Shown here in pieces: positions 47,404 to 55,802 of a stretch of DNA of 62,133 nt. The number at the start of each line of letters is the position of its first letter. The first letter of the stretch is position 1. The stretch comes from Ruminococcus bicirculans (ex Wegman et al. 2014) (GTDB lineage: Bacteria; Bacillota; Clostridia; Christensenellales; DTU072), in the NCBI GenBank assembly GCA_963642145.1, contig CAVIFU010000004.1, positions 1 to 62,133 on the forward strand. Direction: 5' to 3'. Under the pieces are notes generated by a model that had not been told where the DNA came from, ran no database searches, and saw only the letters and a program-made list of their open reading frames with translations. The position numbers and the translations under genes are program-made.

Positions 47404-49177
47404 CGCTTTCAATCTCCTCTACTATTTCTTTGACCACTTCCGCGGCAACTTCGGCAGGGACCATGCCATCGCCTTCCAAGGCTACTCCTTCCGGCGTAAT
47501 CGGGATTGCCGCTACGCTCGGTTGACCGTTATTTGCGAAGCGTTCCTGTATCTCCTTGACGCAACGATCATGCTCCGCACGCGTCAAATTGTAGAATATG
47601 TAAGGCAATGTCGAAAGAACCAACGCGCCCATCGTGACGAATACGTAAATTCTGACAACGCCTGTAAAGATTGAGGAATCGTACATGACGTCCCAGTCCG
47701 ACGTGAATCCGAACATTTTGAGCAACATGGGGATAGCCAAGCCGACTAGGGTATTCAGTGGCGTAGTGAACCAATTGAATATGCCCACCATATTGTCGGC
47801 GCGCTCGCCCGTCTTCCACTGGTGATAATCCAATACGTCCGCGTTGAATCCGTGATTCAAGCCGTTACAGCAGGCGGATACCGCGCTTCTGATAAAGATA
47901 AACAGCATGAGTAGCGTTATACTGTTGAGTTTAATCGCAAGCAAGTAACACGCCGTAATGCACAACCATATGCTTCGCAAGACAAGTAATATGCTTCGTT
48001 TTTCGAACTTCTTGACAAGCACCGGCGTAAGCAGGTTGCCCACAACGCTCGTAACGCCGATAATCGTTATAAATCCCGAGATCCATTCGAGGCGCAGGTT
48101 GTAGACCAAGAAGTAATTCATAACGCCGTCCGCATAGGAGTTCCAAGTGACAAAGATGTTGCTTATGTAGATTATCCAGAAGTATTTATTCGATAACAGC
48201 GATTTCGCGCTCTTTTTGAATTCAACCTTGGGCGTTTCGGATTTATCTTCCGCGACTCTCTCTTTTACGTTGGCAAACGCCAATCCGAGAATCAAGCTGA
48301 CGGCGGAAAGTATCGGAATGAACACTTGATAAGATTTGATATCGAGGTAACCGCCGGTAAGAACTATCATCACCGGGAAGAGTATTCTGTACATCGAACG
48401 CAAAAAGCCCAAGAATATACCGCCTATGGAATAAATCTTTTGTCTTTCCACGGTGTTGGGAGTGATTACCGCGACTATTGATTGCGGGCTGTCGCTGTAC
48501 AGCAACGTGCATCTTGTACGAAGAGTAAACAGAGCGTGCAGTATTATCAACTTTTGCGTGTATTCCATACTCGTCGGGATGAACGGTATCGCGCTCGAAA
48601 GTATGGCTACCGGGATGCCGTAGAGCATCATAAACGGTTTGTATCTGCCGAATTTAGGACAAAGTTTGGCGCGAATGAACCAGTTTATAAAGTTGCCGGC
48701 ACCTGAAATTACCAATATATTGGCTACAATCTGCGGCAATCCTTTGATGACCTTTTCAAACGGAGCCGATGGGATAAAATAACATCCTATACCCACCGCT
48801 ATCGTGACGGAATATGCTATAATGCACTTTTCCGCCGTCTTTTTGTTGACCTTACCGAGGTTCTCGAAAACAGTCATCGCCAGAGGTTCCATGTACAAAG
48901 TACAGTACCTGACGATTAACGCTATAATGGAAATTATGCTGAAATCGAGTAGCGATATTCCCATTATGGATCCGCAAAAATACCCTGCCGCGAAAGCTAC
49001 GGTTTCACCGGTGATAAAGGTGAATCCGCATATGCCCATTGTGCCGAAGCAGTACGAGGCAAATTCTTTGATGGAAAGGTACTCTCCTTCCAACGGCGTG
49101 TTCCAATGCGTTCTTACAAAGCCATATCCGTCTGTCAATAGCTGTTTGATGCTTTTACGCTCTTTTTTGGCTTTCAT
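47387..49177 (-). CDS. GPH/MFS-type cation symporter, paralogue of 44496-46490 (596 aa from MKAKK)
   Basis: About 12 TM segments. The N-terminus (THWNTPLEGEYLSIKEFASYCFG) resembles the other copy (TYWKHPPRGYDVSYREFLDLSLG). GGAGGAGGAG precedes the ATG at 49177. Confidence 0.8.
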   Translation of the reverse strand: MKAKKERKSIKQLLTDGYGFVRTHWNTPLEGEYLSIKEFASYCFGTMGICGFTFITGETVAFAAGYFCGSIMGISLLDFSIISIIALIVRYCTLYMEPLAMTVFENLGKVNKKTAEKCIIAYSVTIAVGIGCYFIPSAPFEKVIKGLPQIVANILVISGAGNFINWFIRAKLCPKFGRYKPFMMLYGIPVAILSSAIPFIPTSMEYTQKLIILHALFTLRTRCTLLYSDSPQSIVAVITPNTVERQKIYSIGGIFLGFLRSMYRILFPVMIVLTGGYLDIKSYQVFIPILSAVSLILGLAFANVKERVAEDKSETPKVEFKKSAKSLLSNKYFWIIYISNIFVTWNSYADGVMNYFLVYNLRLEWISGFITIIGVTSVVGNLLTPVLVKKFEKRSILLVLRSIWLCITACYLLAIKLNSITLLMLFIFIRSAVSACCNGLNHGFNADVLDYHQWKTGERADNMVGIFNWFTTPLNTLVGLAIPMLLKMFGFTSDWDVMYDSSIFTGVVRIYVFVTMGALVLSTLPYIFYNLTRAEHDRCVKEIQERFANNGQPSVAAIPITPEGVALEGDGMVPAEVAAEVVKEIVEEIESDEKKA

Positions 49178-49310
49178 GACTCCTCCTCCGCTGAGTTGTA
49201 ACACTATATTAACACATAAGCGCGGATGATACAATATGCAATTCCCCAAAACACGCTACCTGAGTAAAATAAAAGGTAAATATATCCTGAATATTTGATT
49301 TTAGCCGCAC

Positions 49311-49329
49311 AAAAAAGGCGGACTCCGCC
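49311..49329 (-). terminator. Short terminator after the aroC-SDR-PTP operon
   Basis: The minus strand reads GGCGG-AGT-CCGCC followed by TTTTTT. The stem is short. Confidence 0.45.
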
Positions 49330-49360
49330 GCCAACAAAAATCCATTAAAGTTATTGCGCC

Positions 49361-49819
49361 CTACCCGATGATGTATTTGTATAACGCTTCCGCGCCTTCT
49401 ACGATGTCGCGGTAAGTTTTTTCAAAATCGCGAGTGTACCACGGATCCGCTACGTCGCGTGGATTGTCGGTAAAATCAAGTAGCAAAAACACCTTGCGCT
49501 CGATATCGCCGCCGAAAAGTCTGAGCATATCGTCCGAATTCATGTCGTCCATACCTATGATGAAGTCGTACTTTTTGTAATCGCCACGCGTAAGCAAAGT
49601 AGCGCGTTTGGCGCCGTCTATCGGCACGCCGTGCTCTTCGAGAGTTGCTTTCGCTCTGCCGTAAATCGGCATGCCTATGGCGTCCGTATGCAGGGCGCGC
49701 GACTCTATGATAAACTTGTCTTGAGCGCCTTCCCTCGCTACAATGTCCTTCATTATCATTTCCGCCATGGGCGAACGGCAAATATTGCCGTGGCAGACAA
49801 ACACGATTTTTTTGATCAC
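49361..49819 (-). CDS. Low-molecular-weight protein-tyrosine phosphatase
   Basis: The CX5R(S) P-loop VCHGNICRSPMAE and the DP motif (DVADPWY). The GTG start at 49819 overlaps the upstream stop (GTGA). Confidence 0.85.
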   Translation of the reverse strand: MIKKIVFVCHGNICRSPMAEMIMKDIVAREGAQDKFIIESRALHTDAIGMPIYGRAKATLEEHGVPIDGAKRATLLTRGDYKKYDFIIGMDDMNSDDMLRLFGGDIERKVFLLLDFTDNPRDVADPWYTRDFEKTYRDIVEGAEALYKYIIG

Positions 49820-50520
49820 GCCGTTATGCCTCCGTCTACCGGGATGACCGCGCCGGTAATAAAATCCGACTTGCCGTCCACCAAAAACTCGATAAGCCCT
49901 GCCACGTCGTCGGCAACGCCCACTCTGCAAAGCGGCGTTTCGTCTATAACGCTCGCCACGACGTCACTGTCGAAATTACCGTTCATGGGCGTGTCGATGT
50001 ATCCGGGAGCCACCGCGTTAACGGTAATTCCGCTCGGTCCGACCTCTTTTGCAAGAGCCTTGGTAAAGCCGATTATGCCGGCTTTTGCCGCCGAATAAGC
50101 CACCTCGCAAGAACCGCCTCTTATACCCCACATGCTCGATACGTTGACTATTCTGCCCCTCTTTGCGGAAATCATCTCGGGCAAAACCGCACGCGTCAAG
50201 AGCATGGCGCCGCGTAAATCAACGTCGATAACCCTATCGAGATCTTCGTCCGACATATCCGTATAAAGGGTTACAAGCGATATGCCGGCGTTGTTTACAA
50301 GCGCGTCCAATCTGCCGACGCAGGCGGCGACTTCTCTAATTCTTTTTACGTCGGAGAGGTCAAGTTTAATTGCCTCGGCGCCGGTTTCTTCTGCAATGCG
50401 TTTGGCTATTGCCTCACCCGAGTTATAGGTGAAGTACACCTTGTAGCCCTTAGCGCAAAACAGCCTTACGGTAGCTTCCCCTATGCCGGACGATCCGCCC
50501 GTAATCAGTATCTTAAACAT
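49816..50520 (-). CDS. Short-chain dehydrogenase/reductase (FabG-like)
   Basis: TGGSSGIGEA, NNAGI and the catalytic S...YSAAK motifs. I chose the ATG at 50520. Confidence 0.85.
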   Translation of the reverse strand: MFKILITGGSSGIGEATVRLFCAKGYKVYFTYNSGEAIAKRIAEETGAEAIKLDLSDVKRIREVAACVGRLDALVNNAGISLVTLYTDMSDEDLDRVIDVDLRGAMLLTRAVLPEMISAKRGRIVNVSSMWGIRGGSCEVAYSAAKAGIIGFTKALAKEVGPSGITVNAVAPGYIDTPMNGNFDSDVVASVIDETPLCRVGVADDVAGLIEFLVDGKSDFITGAVIPVDGGITA

Positions 50521-50533
50521 AGTTTGGGTATCC

Positions 50534-51625
50534 TTAATGCAAGTTTTTGTATCCGTTACCCTCGATATACGCGTCAAGGACGGCAATGGCTACCGCGGAC
50601 GTGACCACGATGTTGCCACGTGGCGCAATGCACGCTACGTGCTCGCCTTTTACTTCTAAATTGACTATCTTGTTTGTTTCGAAGTTGAGCGTTTGCTGAG
50701 GTTGCTTGATGCTCGGCGTAGGCTTGAAGGAAGTGGATATTATTATCGGCATACCGTTGGATATACCGCCGTTGAGACCGCCGTTATAGTTGTGATCGGT
50801 TTGAGCCGCGCCGTCTACGTTTGCAACGAAAGCGTCCGCAACTTCCGATCCGCGCGCGTGGGCGAACTTGGCTCCGTATCCGAAACTTACGCTCTTAACC
50901 GCGGGAACGGCAAACAATATGCTTGCGATGCGACTTTCCAAATTATCGAACAGCGGTGAGCCGTAGCCCGCTTCGAGCCCTACTACGGCTGTTTCGACCG
51001 CACCGCCTATGCTGTCGCCTACCGCGGCGATACTCATCAGCAACGACACCATCTTTTTGCGCACTTCCGAAGAAATCGTCGCAAGCGGAGAGGAATTGAG
51101 CCTATCCATCAGCTCTGCCGAGTAATCGGATCCGAACTTCTCGTCATAAATTTCGCCTATGCACTTGATGTGCGAAGCCACCGTTACGCCCTTTTGCTCG
51201 AGGTAATCCGCGCAAAGCATTCCGAAAAACACGAGCGGCAACGTCAGTCTGCCGGAGAAATGTCCGCCTCCGTTCATATCGGCGAAACCGTTGTATCTGA
51301 CTTCCGCCACGTAGTCGGCATGCGACGGGCGCGGAATCTCCTTTTTGAAATCCACCACGTCGCAATCTTTATTGGCAAAAATAACCGTAATCGGACTTCC
51401 GTTGGTCACGCCTCCGGTAACGCCGGAAATAATCATCGGGCGATCTTCCTCTTTGCGTGCGGCAGTAAAATTGTTGCTGCCTTGGCGCAATTTAAGTCCG
51501 AGTTTGATTCTATCTAAATTTACGGTGACTCCGGCGGGAAAATTATGTAACGTGCCGCCGATCATCTGACCGTGCGCTTCTCCGAATACGGAAAGTTTAA
51601 GGTTGTTGCCCCATACGGAACTCAT
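50534..51625 (-). CDS. aroC: Chorismate synthase
   Basis: The FGEAHG block, RPSHADY and GGGHFSGR are typical AroC motifs. The ATG at 51625 has GGAGG 5 nt upstream. Confidence 0.9.
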   Translation of the reverse strand: MSSVWGNNLKLSVFGEAHGQMIGGTLHNFPAGVTVNLDRIKLGLKLRQGSNNFTAARKEEDRPMIISGVTGGVTNGSPITVIFANKDCDVVDFKKEIPRPSHADYVAEVRYNGFADMNGGGHFSGRLTLPLVFFGMLCADYLEQKGVTVASHIKCIGEIYDEKFGSDYSAELMDRLNSSPLATISSEVRKKMVSLLMSIAAVGDSIGGAVETAVVGLEAGYGSPLFDNLESRIASILFAVPAVKSVSFGYGAKFAHARGSEVADAFVANVDGAAQTDHNYNGGLNGGISNGMPIIISTSFKPTPSIKQPQQTLNFETNKIVNLEVKGEHVACIAPRGNIVVTSAVAIAVLDAYIEGNGYKNLH

Positions 51626-51739
51626 AGGCACCTCCGAAATTTTTCAGTTTACATTATACATCAAGCCGCCTCGTTTGGCAATAATTACTCCGTAATATGT
51701 GGAATTACTAATTTATTACTTTATTTCGCGCGCGTTTTT

Positions 51740-51748
51740 TGGTATAGT
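51740..51748 (+). promoter_or_regulatory. Extended -10 element (TGgTATAGT) 7 nt upstream of the RF-like ATG
   Basis: TG at 51740-51741, TATAGT at 51743-51748, ATG at 51756. No Shine-Dalgarno sequence lies between them. Confidence 0.35.
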
Positions 51749-51755
51749 AATAGTT

Positions 51756-52703
51756 ATGGACAAATCCTTTGACATGCTAACGAAAAAAATCGCCGAACGT
51801 ACCGCGCGTTACAACGAACTTGTCGCGCTCACGGAAGCGCCGGAAATAATCGCCGACAACAAGCTTTGGCGGAAGTATGTCTTGGAAAAAACTGCTCTCG
51901 AACGCTCGGTAACGCTGTACGAAGAACTAAAAGTCGCTTGCGACTTGGGCTTAGCGGAAGAAGCCTCGGCTTTGTCCGACGAGCTCGCGATAACGCTTCT
52001 CGACCAAACGGACGCCGACCGCGGAGGCGCGTTGATGGAGCTCGACGCCCGGGACGACGCGTCATGCAGACTTGCAAGCGAAATGCTTACCATGTACTCC
52101 GCCTATTGCAAAAAAGAAAAATTCGATTTTGCCGTAATAGACGAAGAGCGCACCCCTGCCGGCATAAGCCGTTGTTCCGTAAGCGTGGAGGGCGTAAGCG
52201 CCTACCTCAAATTGAGCGGAGAAATCGGTTTGCACCGCTCTACCGACGGCGGCACGGTAACCGTGACGGTACTGCCTACCGCCGAAACGCAAGACTCAAC
52301 GGAGATAGACCCTAAGGACGTGCGCACGGACATATTCCACGCAACGGGCGCCGGCGGACAAAATATAAACAAAGTGGCAACCGCGGTACGCATGACGCAC
52401 CTACCGACGGGAATAGTCGCCGTTTGCCGCGACGAACGCTCGCAGCTACGCAATCGCGAACGTTGCAAACAAGCCCTATCCGCCAAAGTCAACGCCTATT
52501 ACCGTGAAGCGGAGGACGCCAAGCGTCTGAAACTCAAACGCGATTCCGACGCCGCGGCTAAGCTGAAAAGAATACGCCTCTTCGACCGCAAAAACGGCAC
52601 TTTGACCGACGTCCGCACTCTTGCGAAAGTCGATCTCAAAGAAGCCCTCGACGGCAACATATCCAAACTTGTCAACGCCATGATCATACTGAACAAACTA
52701 TGA
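51756..52703 (+). CDS. Class-I release-factor (RF1-like) paralogue: GGQ domain intact, decoding loop missing (315 aa)
   Basis: ATGAGGQNINKVATAVRMTHLPTGIVAVCRDERSQLRNRE (GGQ codons at 52353-52361). Where RF1 carries the PxT loop, this protein has only GLHRSTDGGTVTVTVLPT. Confidence 0.85.
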   Translation: MDKSFDMLTKKIAERTARYNELVALTEAPEIIADNKLWRKYVLEKTALERSVTLYEELKVACDLGLAEEASALSDELAITLLDQTDADRGGALMELDARDDASCRLASEMLTMYSAYCKKEKFDFAVIDEERTPAGISRCSVSVEGVSAYLKLSGEIGLHRSTDGGTVTVTVLPTAETQDSTEIDPKDVRTDIFHATGAGGQNINKVATAVRMTHLPTGIVAVCRDERSQLRNRERCKQALSAKVNAYYREAEDAKRLKLKRDSDAAAKLKRIRLFDRKNGTLTDVRTLAKVDLKEALDGNISKLVNAMIILNKL

Positions 52704-55093
52704 GCTCGAACGAACAAAAAATCCGCATACGCTTCGATACGACGGTACTTTCGGATAAGTCCGAAGTTTACGCTACGGAAAAGTTTCTTAAAGAAACTCG
52801 TAAACTGAAAGACGCCGACGACTTTGCAGTAAAACTCGCGGAGTCGCTGACGAATACGAATTTACCACTTAATTCCGTCTACAAAATCAAGGTCGGAACA
52901 TCGGTAGCGGTATTCGCTTTCGGCGCGCACATAGATGACAAACGTTTGGCGCCGCGTGACGTTGTATTCCTTGAATACCGCAATTCGGGTCCCGAAATTC
53001 TGCGTAACGATTCCCGTTTGAGCTACTTTATGCAATCGCACGACGAGTACGAAACTTACGTTCGCGCGGACGGATACGTTATTAAAGAAAGCGACGTCAA
53101 AAAATTATACCGTCTGCTGACGGCGGCGTCCGGATTTCCGCTACTGACGGAAGAGCAAGCGGAACTCGTGCGCACGGAGAACAAAAACGTGCTCGTGCGC
53201 GGAGTTGCCGGCAGCGGAAAAACCAACGTCTGCATAGACAAGATAATCTACTGCGCTTGCCGAGAGTATGCCGGCAAAACGCTGTACTCCACCTACTCGC
53301 GCGGACTTTTGAACGACACGGCATACAGGGTAAAACGCTTCGCGAAAGCCGTTAAGCTCCTTGCCGACGAGATGGAAAGCGGCAAAGCCGTATTCGACGC
53401 AAAAGACAAAATCGTGGCAGTCGAGAAGAAGCTCGGCATCACTTTGGACGTAGACGGCGCCGAGAACATACGCGCCAAGCTACTACGGATCTACGAATAT
53501 CTTACAAACAAAGTCGATTACGCGCTCATAGAGGATCTTTACAGAGGCTGTATCCGCTCGGACAAAGAAGTCGTGCATAGTCAAACCTTCCCGAAAGGCT
53601 TTATTGCCGAAGCTTCCGCTTACAGGAACGGCAATCTACAACGTTTGAAGGGCACATCCGAAGAAATTATCTACAAAGAGATCTACGGCATGATATACGG
53701 CGCGCCCTGCCAAAACATGCTTACGGCGGAGGAATACGCCGCCAAACGCGAATCGAGTTTCACCAAGCAGGAGTGCGACGCCGTGTACCGCCTATCCAAG
53801 GATTACGGCGCATACCTTGCAAAAAACAACCTGACCGACAACAACTTCATGTCGAGGGAACTGCTTGCTTCCATAGACAAACTACCGCGCTACTCGCTGA
53901 CGATACTCGACGAAGTGCAGGACATGACGGAAATCAATTTGCTTTTGATGAGCAAGATCTCGTTGAAGCTGTTTTGCGTGGGCGACGCCCTGCAAATGAT
54001 AAATCCCTCCTACTTCTCGTTTGCCTCGCTCAAAAAACTGCTGTACGGCGCGGACGCTACGGAAGTCAAAGAACTCACCGCCAACTTCCGCAATTCCGAC
54101 AAGATCGCCGACATCGTCAACCGCCTCGGCGACTTGAACAAGAGTAAGTTCGGCGTACACAACTTTGTTTTGGACGGCATAAGCGTGGATTCTTCCGTGC
54201 GCGCGGACGCCGTGTATGTCTGCGATCCGACGTTTGCGGAGACTTTTGCAAAAGAGAAGTTTGACGCCTACACCTTGGTAGTAGCGACGGAACGCCGCAA
54301 AGCCGAAATGCGCAAGCTCCTCGGCAATCGCGAAATACTGACTGTATCCGAGATCAAGGGCTTGGAGCGCGACACCGTCATTACGTACAACCTACTGTCC
54401 GACAACGCCGACAAATGGTCGGAGTTCGAAAGAGCCAACGTCAACCGCAAAACGGCGGACGAGAACTCGGTATACCGCTATTACTTCAACTTGTTTTATG
54501 TCGGCGTTTCTCGCGCAAAGCTCAATTTATACGTGGCTGAACGCGCGAACCTACCGTTGTTTGCCCCGTTTTTCAAGGAAAACTTTGTAACCGCAAACGC
54601 GACTGCCGCCGTTTCGAGGCTGCGCGACGTTTTGGCGTCCGTTGTCATCGAGCAGGACGAAGTCATAGATCGCATAGAAAAGTTCATATCCTTAGGGCAA
54701 TACGACAACGCGAGAGTGGCGCTTTCGGGACTTGACGACGAAGCCGTGCGCGACTTATACAAGAACAGAATCGACGTCAACGAAGCCTATATCGCTCGCG
54801 GAGACAATCGCGGCGCCGGCATAGCGTACTGGTCGCTCGGTATGTACGAGGACGCTCGCGTATCGTTTGAATTGACTGGCGATCAAAAGCTATTGGCGTT
54901 CTTTGACGCCTGCGTTTCTCGCGATAACCGCGCGCTCGACTACGACATAGTCAGATTTTACCCCGAGATGGCAGGAGATAAAACCGCCGCCGACCTCATA
55001 CTCAACACACTCAAAACGGATCTTTCGGACATAAAGACGCGTTTGCGCGTACAAAGCGAAGCTCTGCGCAGAAAGGAGAAGAAAAATGGATAA
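52700..55093 (+). CDS. Superfamily-1 (UvrD/Rep-like) P-loop helicase with an unassigned N-terminal domain and a TPR-like tail (797 aa)
   Basis: Walker A GVAGSGKTN (aa 168-176), Walker B LTILDEVQDMTE, EIKGLERDTVI, and motif VI FYVGVSRAKLNLYV. Two TPR-like LGxY(D/E)xARV units lie near the C-terminus. Confidence 0.85.
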   Translation: MSSNEQKIRIRFDTTVLSDKSEVYATEKFLKETRKLKDADDFAVKLAESLTNTNLPLNSVYKIKVGTSVAVFAFGAHIDDKRLAPRDVVFLEYRNSGPEILRNDSRLSYFMQSHDEYETYVRADGYVIKESDVKKLYRLLTAASGFPLLTEEQAELVRTENKNVLVRGVAGSGKTNVCIDKIIYCACREYAGKTLYSTYSRGLLNDTAYRVKRFAKAVKLLADEMESGKAVFDAKDKIVAVEKKLGITLDVDGAENIRAKLLRIYEYLTNKVDYALIEDLYRGCIRSDKEVVHSQTFPKGFIAEASAYRNGNLQRLKGTSEEIIYKEIYGMIYGAPCQNMLTAEEYAAKRESSFTKQECDAVYRLSKDYGAYLAKNNLTDNNFMSRELLASIDKLPRYSLTILDEVQDMTEINLLLMSKISLKLFCVGDALQMINPSYFSFASLKKLLYGADATEVKELTANFRNSDKIADIVNRLGDLNKSKFGVHNFVLDGISVDSSVRADAVYVCDPTFAETFAKEKFDAYTLVVATERRKAEMRKLLGNREILTVSEIKGLERDTVITYNLLSDNADKWSEFERANVNRKTADENSVYRYYFNLFYVGVSRAKLNLYVAERANLPLFAPFFKENFVTANATAAVSRLRDVLASVVIEQDEVIDRIEKFISLGQYDNARVALSGLDDEAVRDLYKNRIDVNEAYIARGDNRGAGIAYWSLGMYEDARVSFELTGDQKLLAFFDACVSRDNRALDYDIVRFYPEMAGDKTAADLILNTLKTDLSDIKTRLRVQSEALRRKEKKNG

Positions 55094-55802
55094 CAACGAA
55101 GTCAAAAACCTTATAGACGCATTCAAGGGTTACCGCGATTTACTCGCGCCCATACAGTCCAACCTCAACGACTTTATCGAAACGTACGATGAAGTCAAAG
55201 GCGACATCGAACGCTTGAATTCGGCGTTCTCGGGCGACGTCAAAGGCAATTTGGACAAGATATATCGCAATCTGTCCTCACAGGCGGAAAAATCCGCCGA
55301 CCTATCCTCCGCGATAGACCGCTTTTTGCGTGCAAGCGGCAAGTACCTTGCCGATACGGAAAAACTTATAGGCACATTGTCCCGCATATCCGATTCCCTC
55401 GGCGCGGTAAACGCGATAGAGGCAAAAGCCGAGGAGCAATTGGGCAAACTCGACTCCGTCCTCGAAGAAAAACGCAAAAACTACAACGTCAAGGAACTCC
55501 AAAAGACCGTCGAGAGTTACAACGAAAACGTCCGAAAGATGAGCGACTTCATCAATCGCGACGTTGCTCTGACCGTAGCGGACAGCAACAAGACGTTGTC
55601 CGACATGAAATCGACAAACAAAGCCCTGCTCGAATCGATTTCCTCCGAAACGGCGGCAGTATCCGATTTAGCCGCAAAGTACGCAGAAAACAACGCTTTA
55701 CTTCGCAAAATCGTAGAAAAAAAGGACGTGGACGAAGCGTATATCTACGATATGCTCGACGCGTGGGCAGAAGATCGCAAGGTCAAACGTAAGAAAAAAT
55801 AA
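55086..55802 (+). CDS. Hypothetical all-helical/coiled-coil protein (238 aa)
   Basis: Heptad-like, Leu/Glu/Lys/Ser-rich sequence with no TM segment and a basic tail KVKRKKK. It overlaps the helicase gene by 8 nt. Confidence 0.8.
   Translation: MDNNEVKNLIDAFKGYRDLLAPIQSNLNDFIETYDEVKGDIERLNSAFSGDVKGNLDKIYRNLSSQAEKSADLSSAIDRFLRASGKYLADTEKLIGTLSRISDSLGAVNAIEAKAEEQLGKLDSVLEEKRKNYNVKELQKTVESYNENVRKMSDFINRDVALTVADSNKTLSDMKSTNKALLESISSETAAVSDLAAKYAENNALLRKIVEKKDVDEAYIYDMLDAWAEDRKVKRKKK

Noticed and set aside
51756-52703. The idea that the degenerate RF1 signals stop-codon reassignment (loss of UAG/UAA decoding).
   Set aside because: TAG, TAA and TGA all terminate well-supported ORFs in this window (for example TAG at 6901, 20043 and 22828). 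No long gene needs read-through, so genetic code 11 fits.
52877-52985. A RelE/ParE-toxin-like motif in the helicase N-domain (VYKIKVGTSVAVFAFG...VVFLEYR).
   Set aside because: The resemblance rests on a short beta-strand pattern only. I cannot identify catalytic residues or a full fold by eye, so it is too weak to claim without HHpred or structure prediction.
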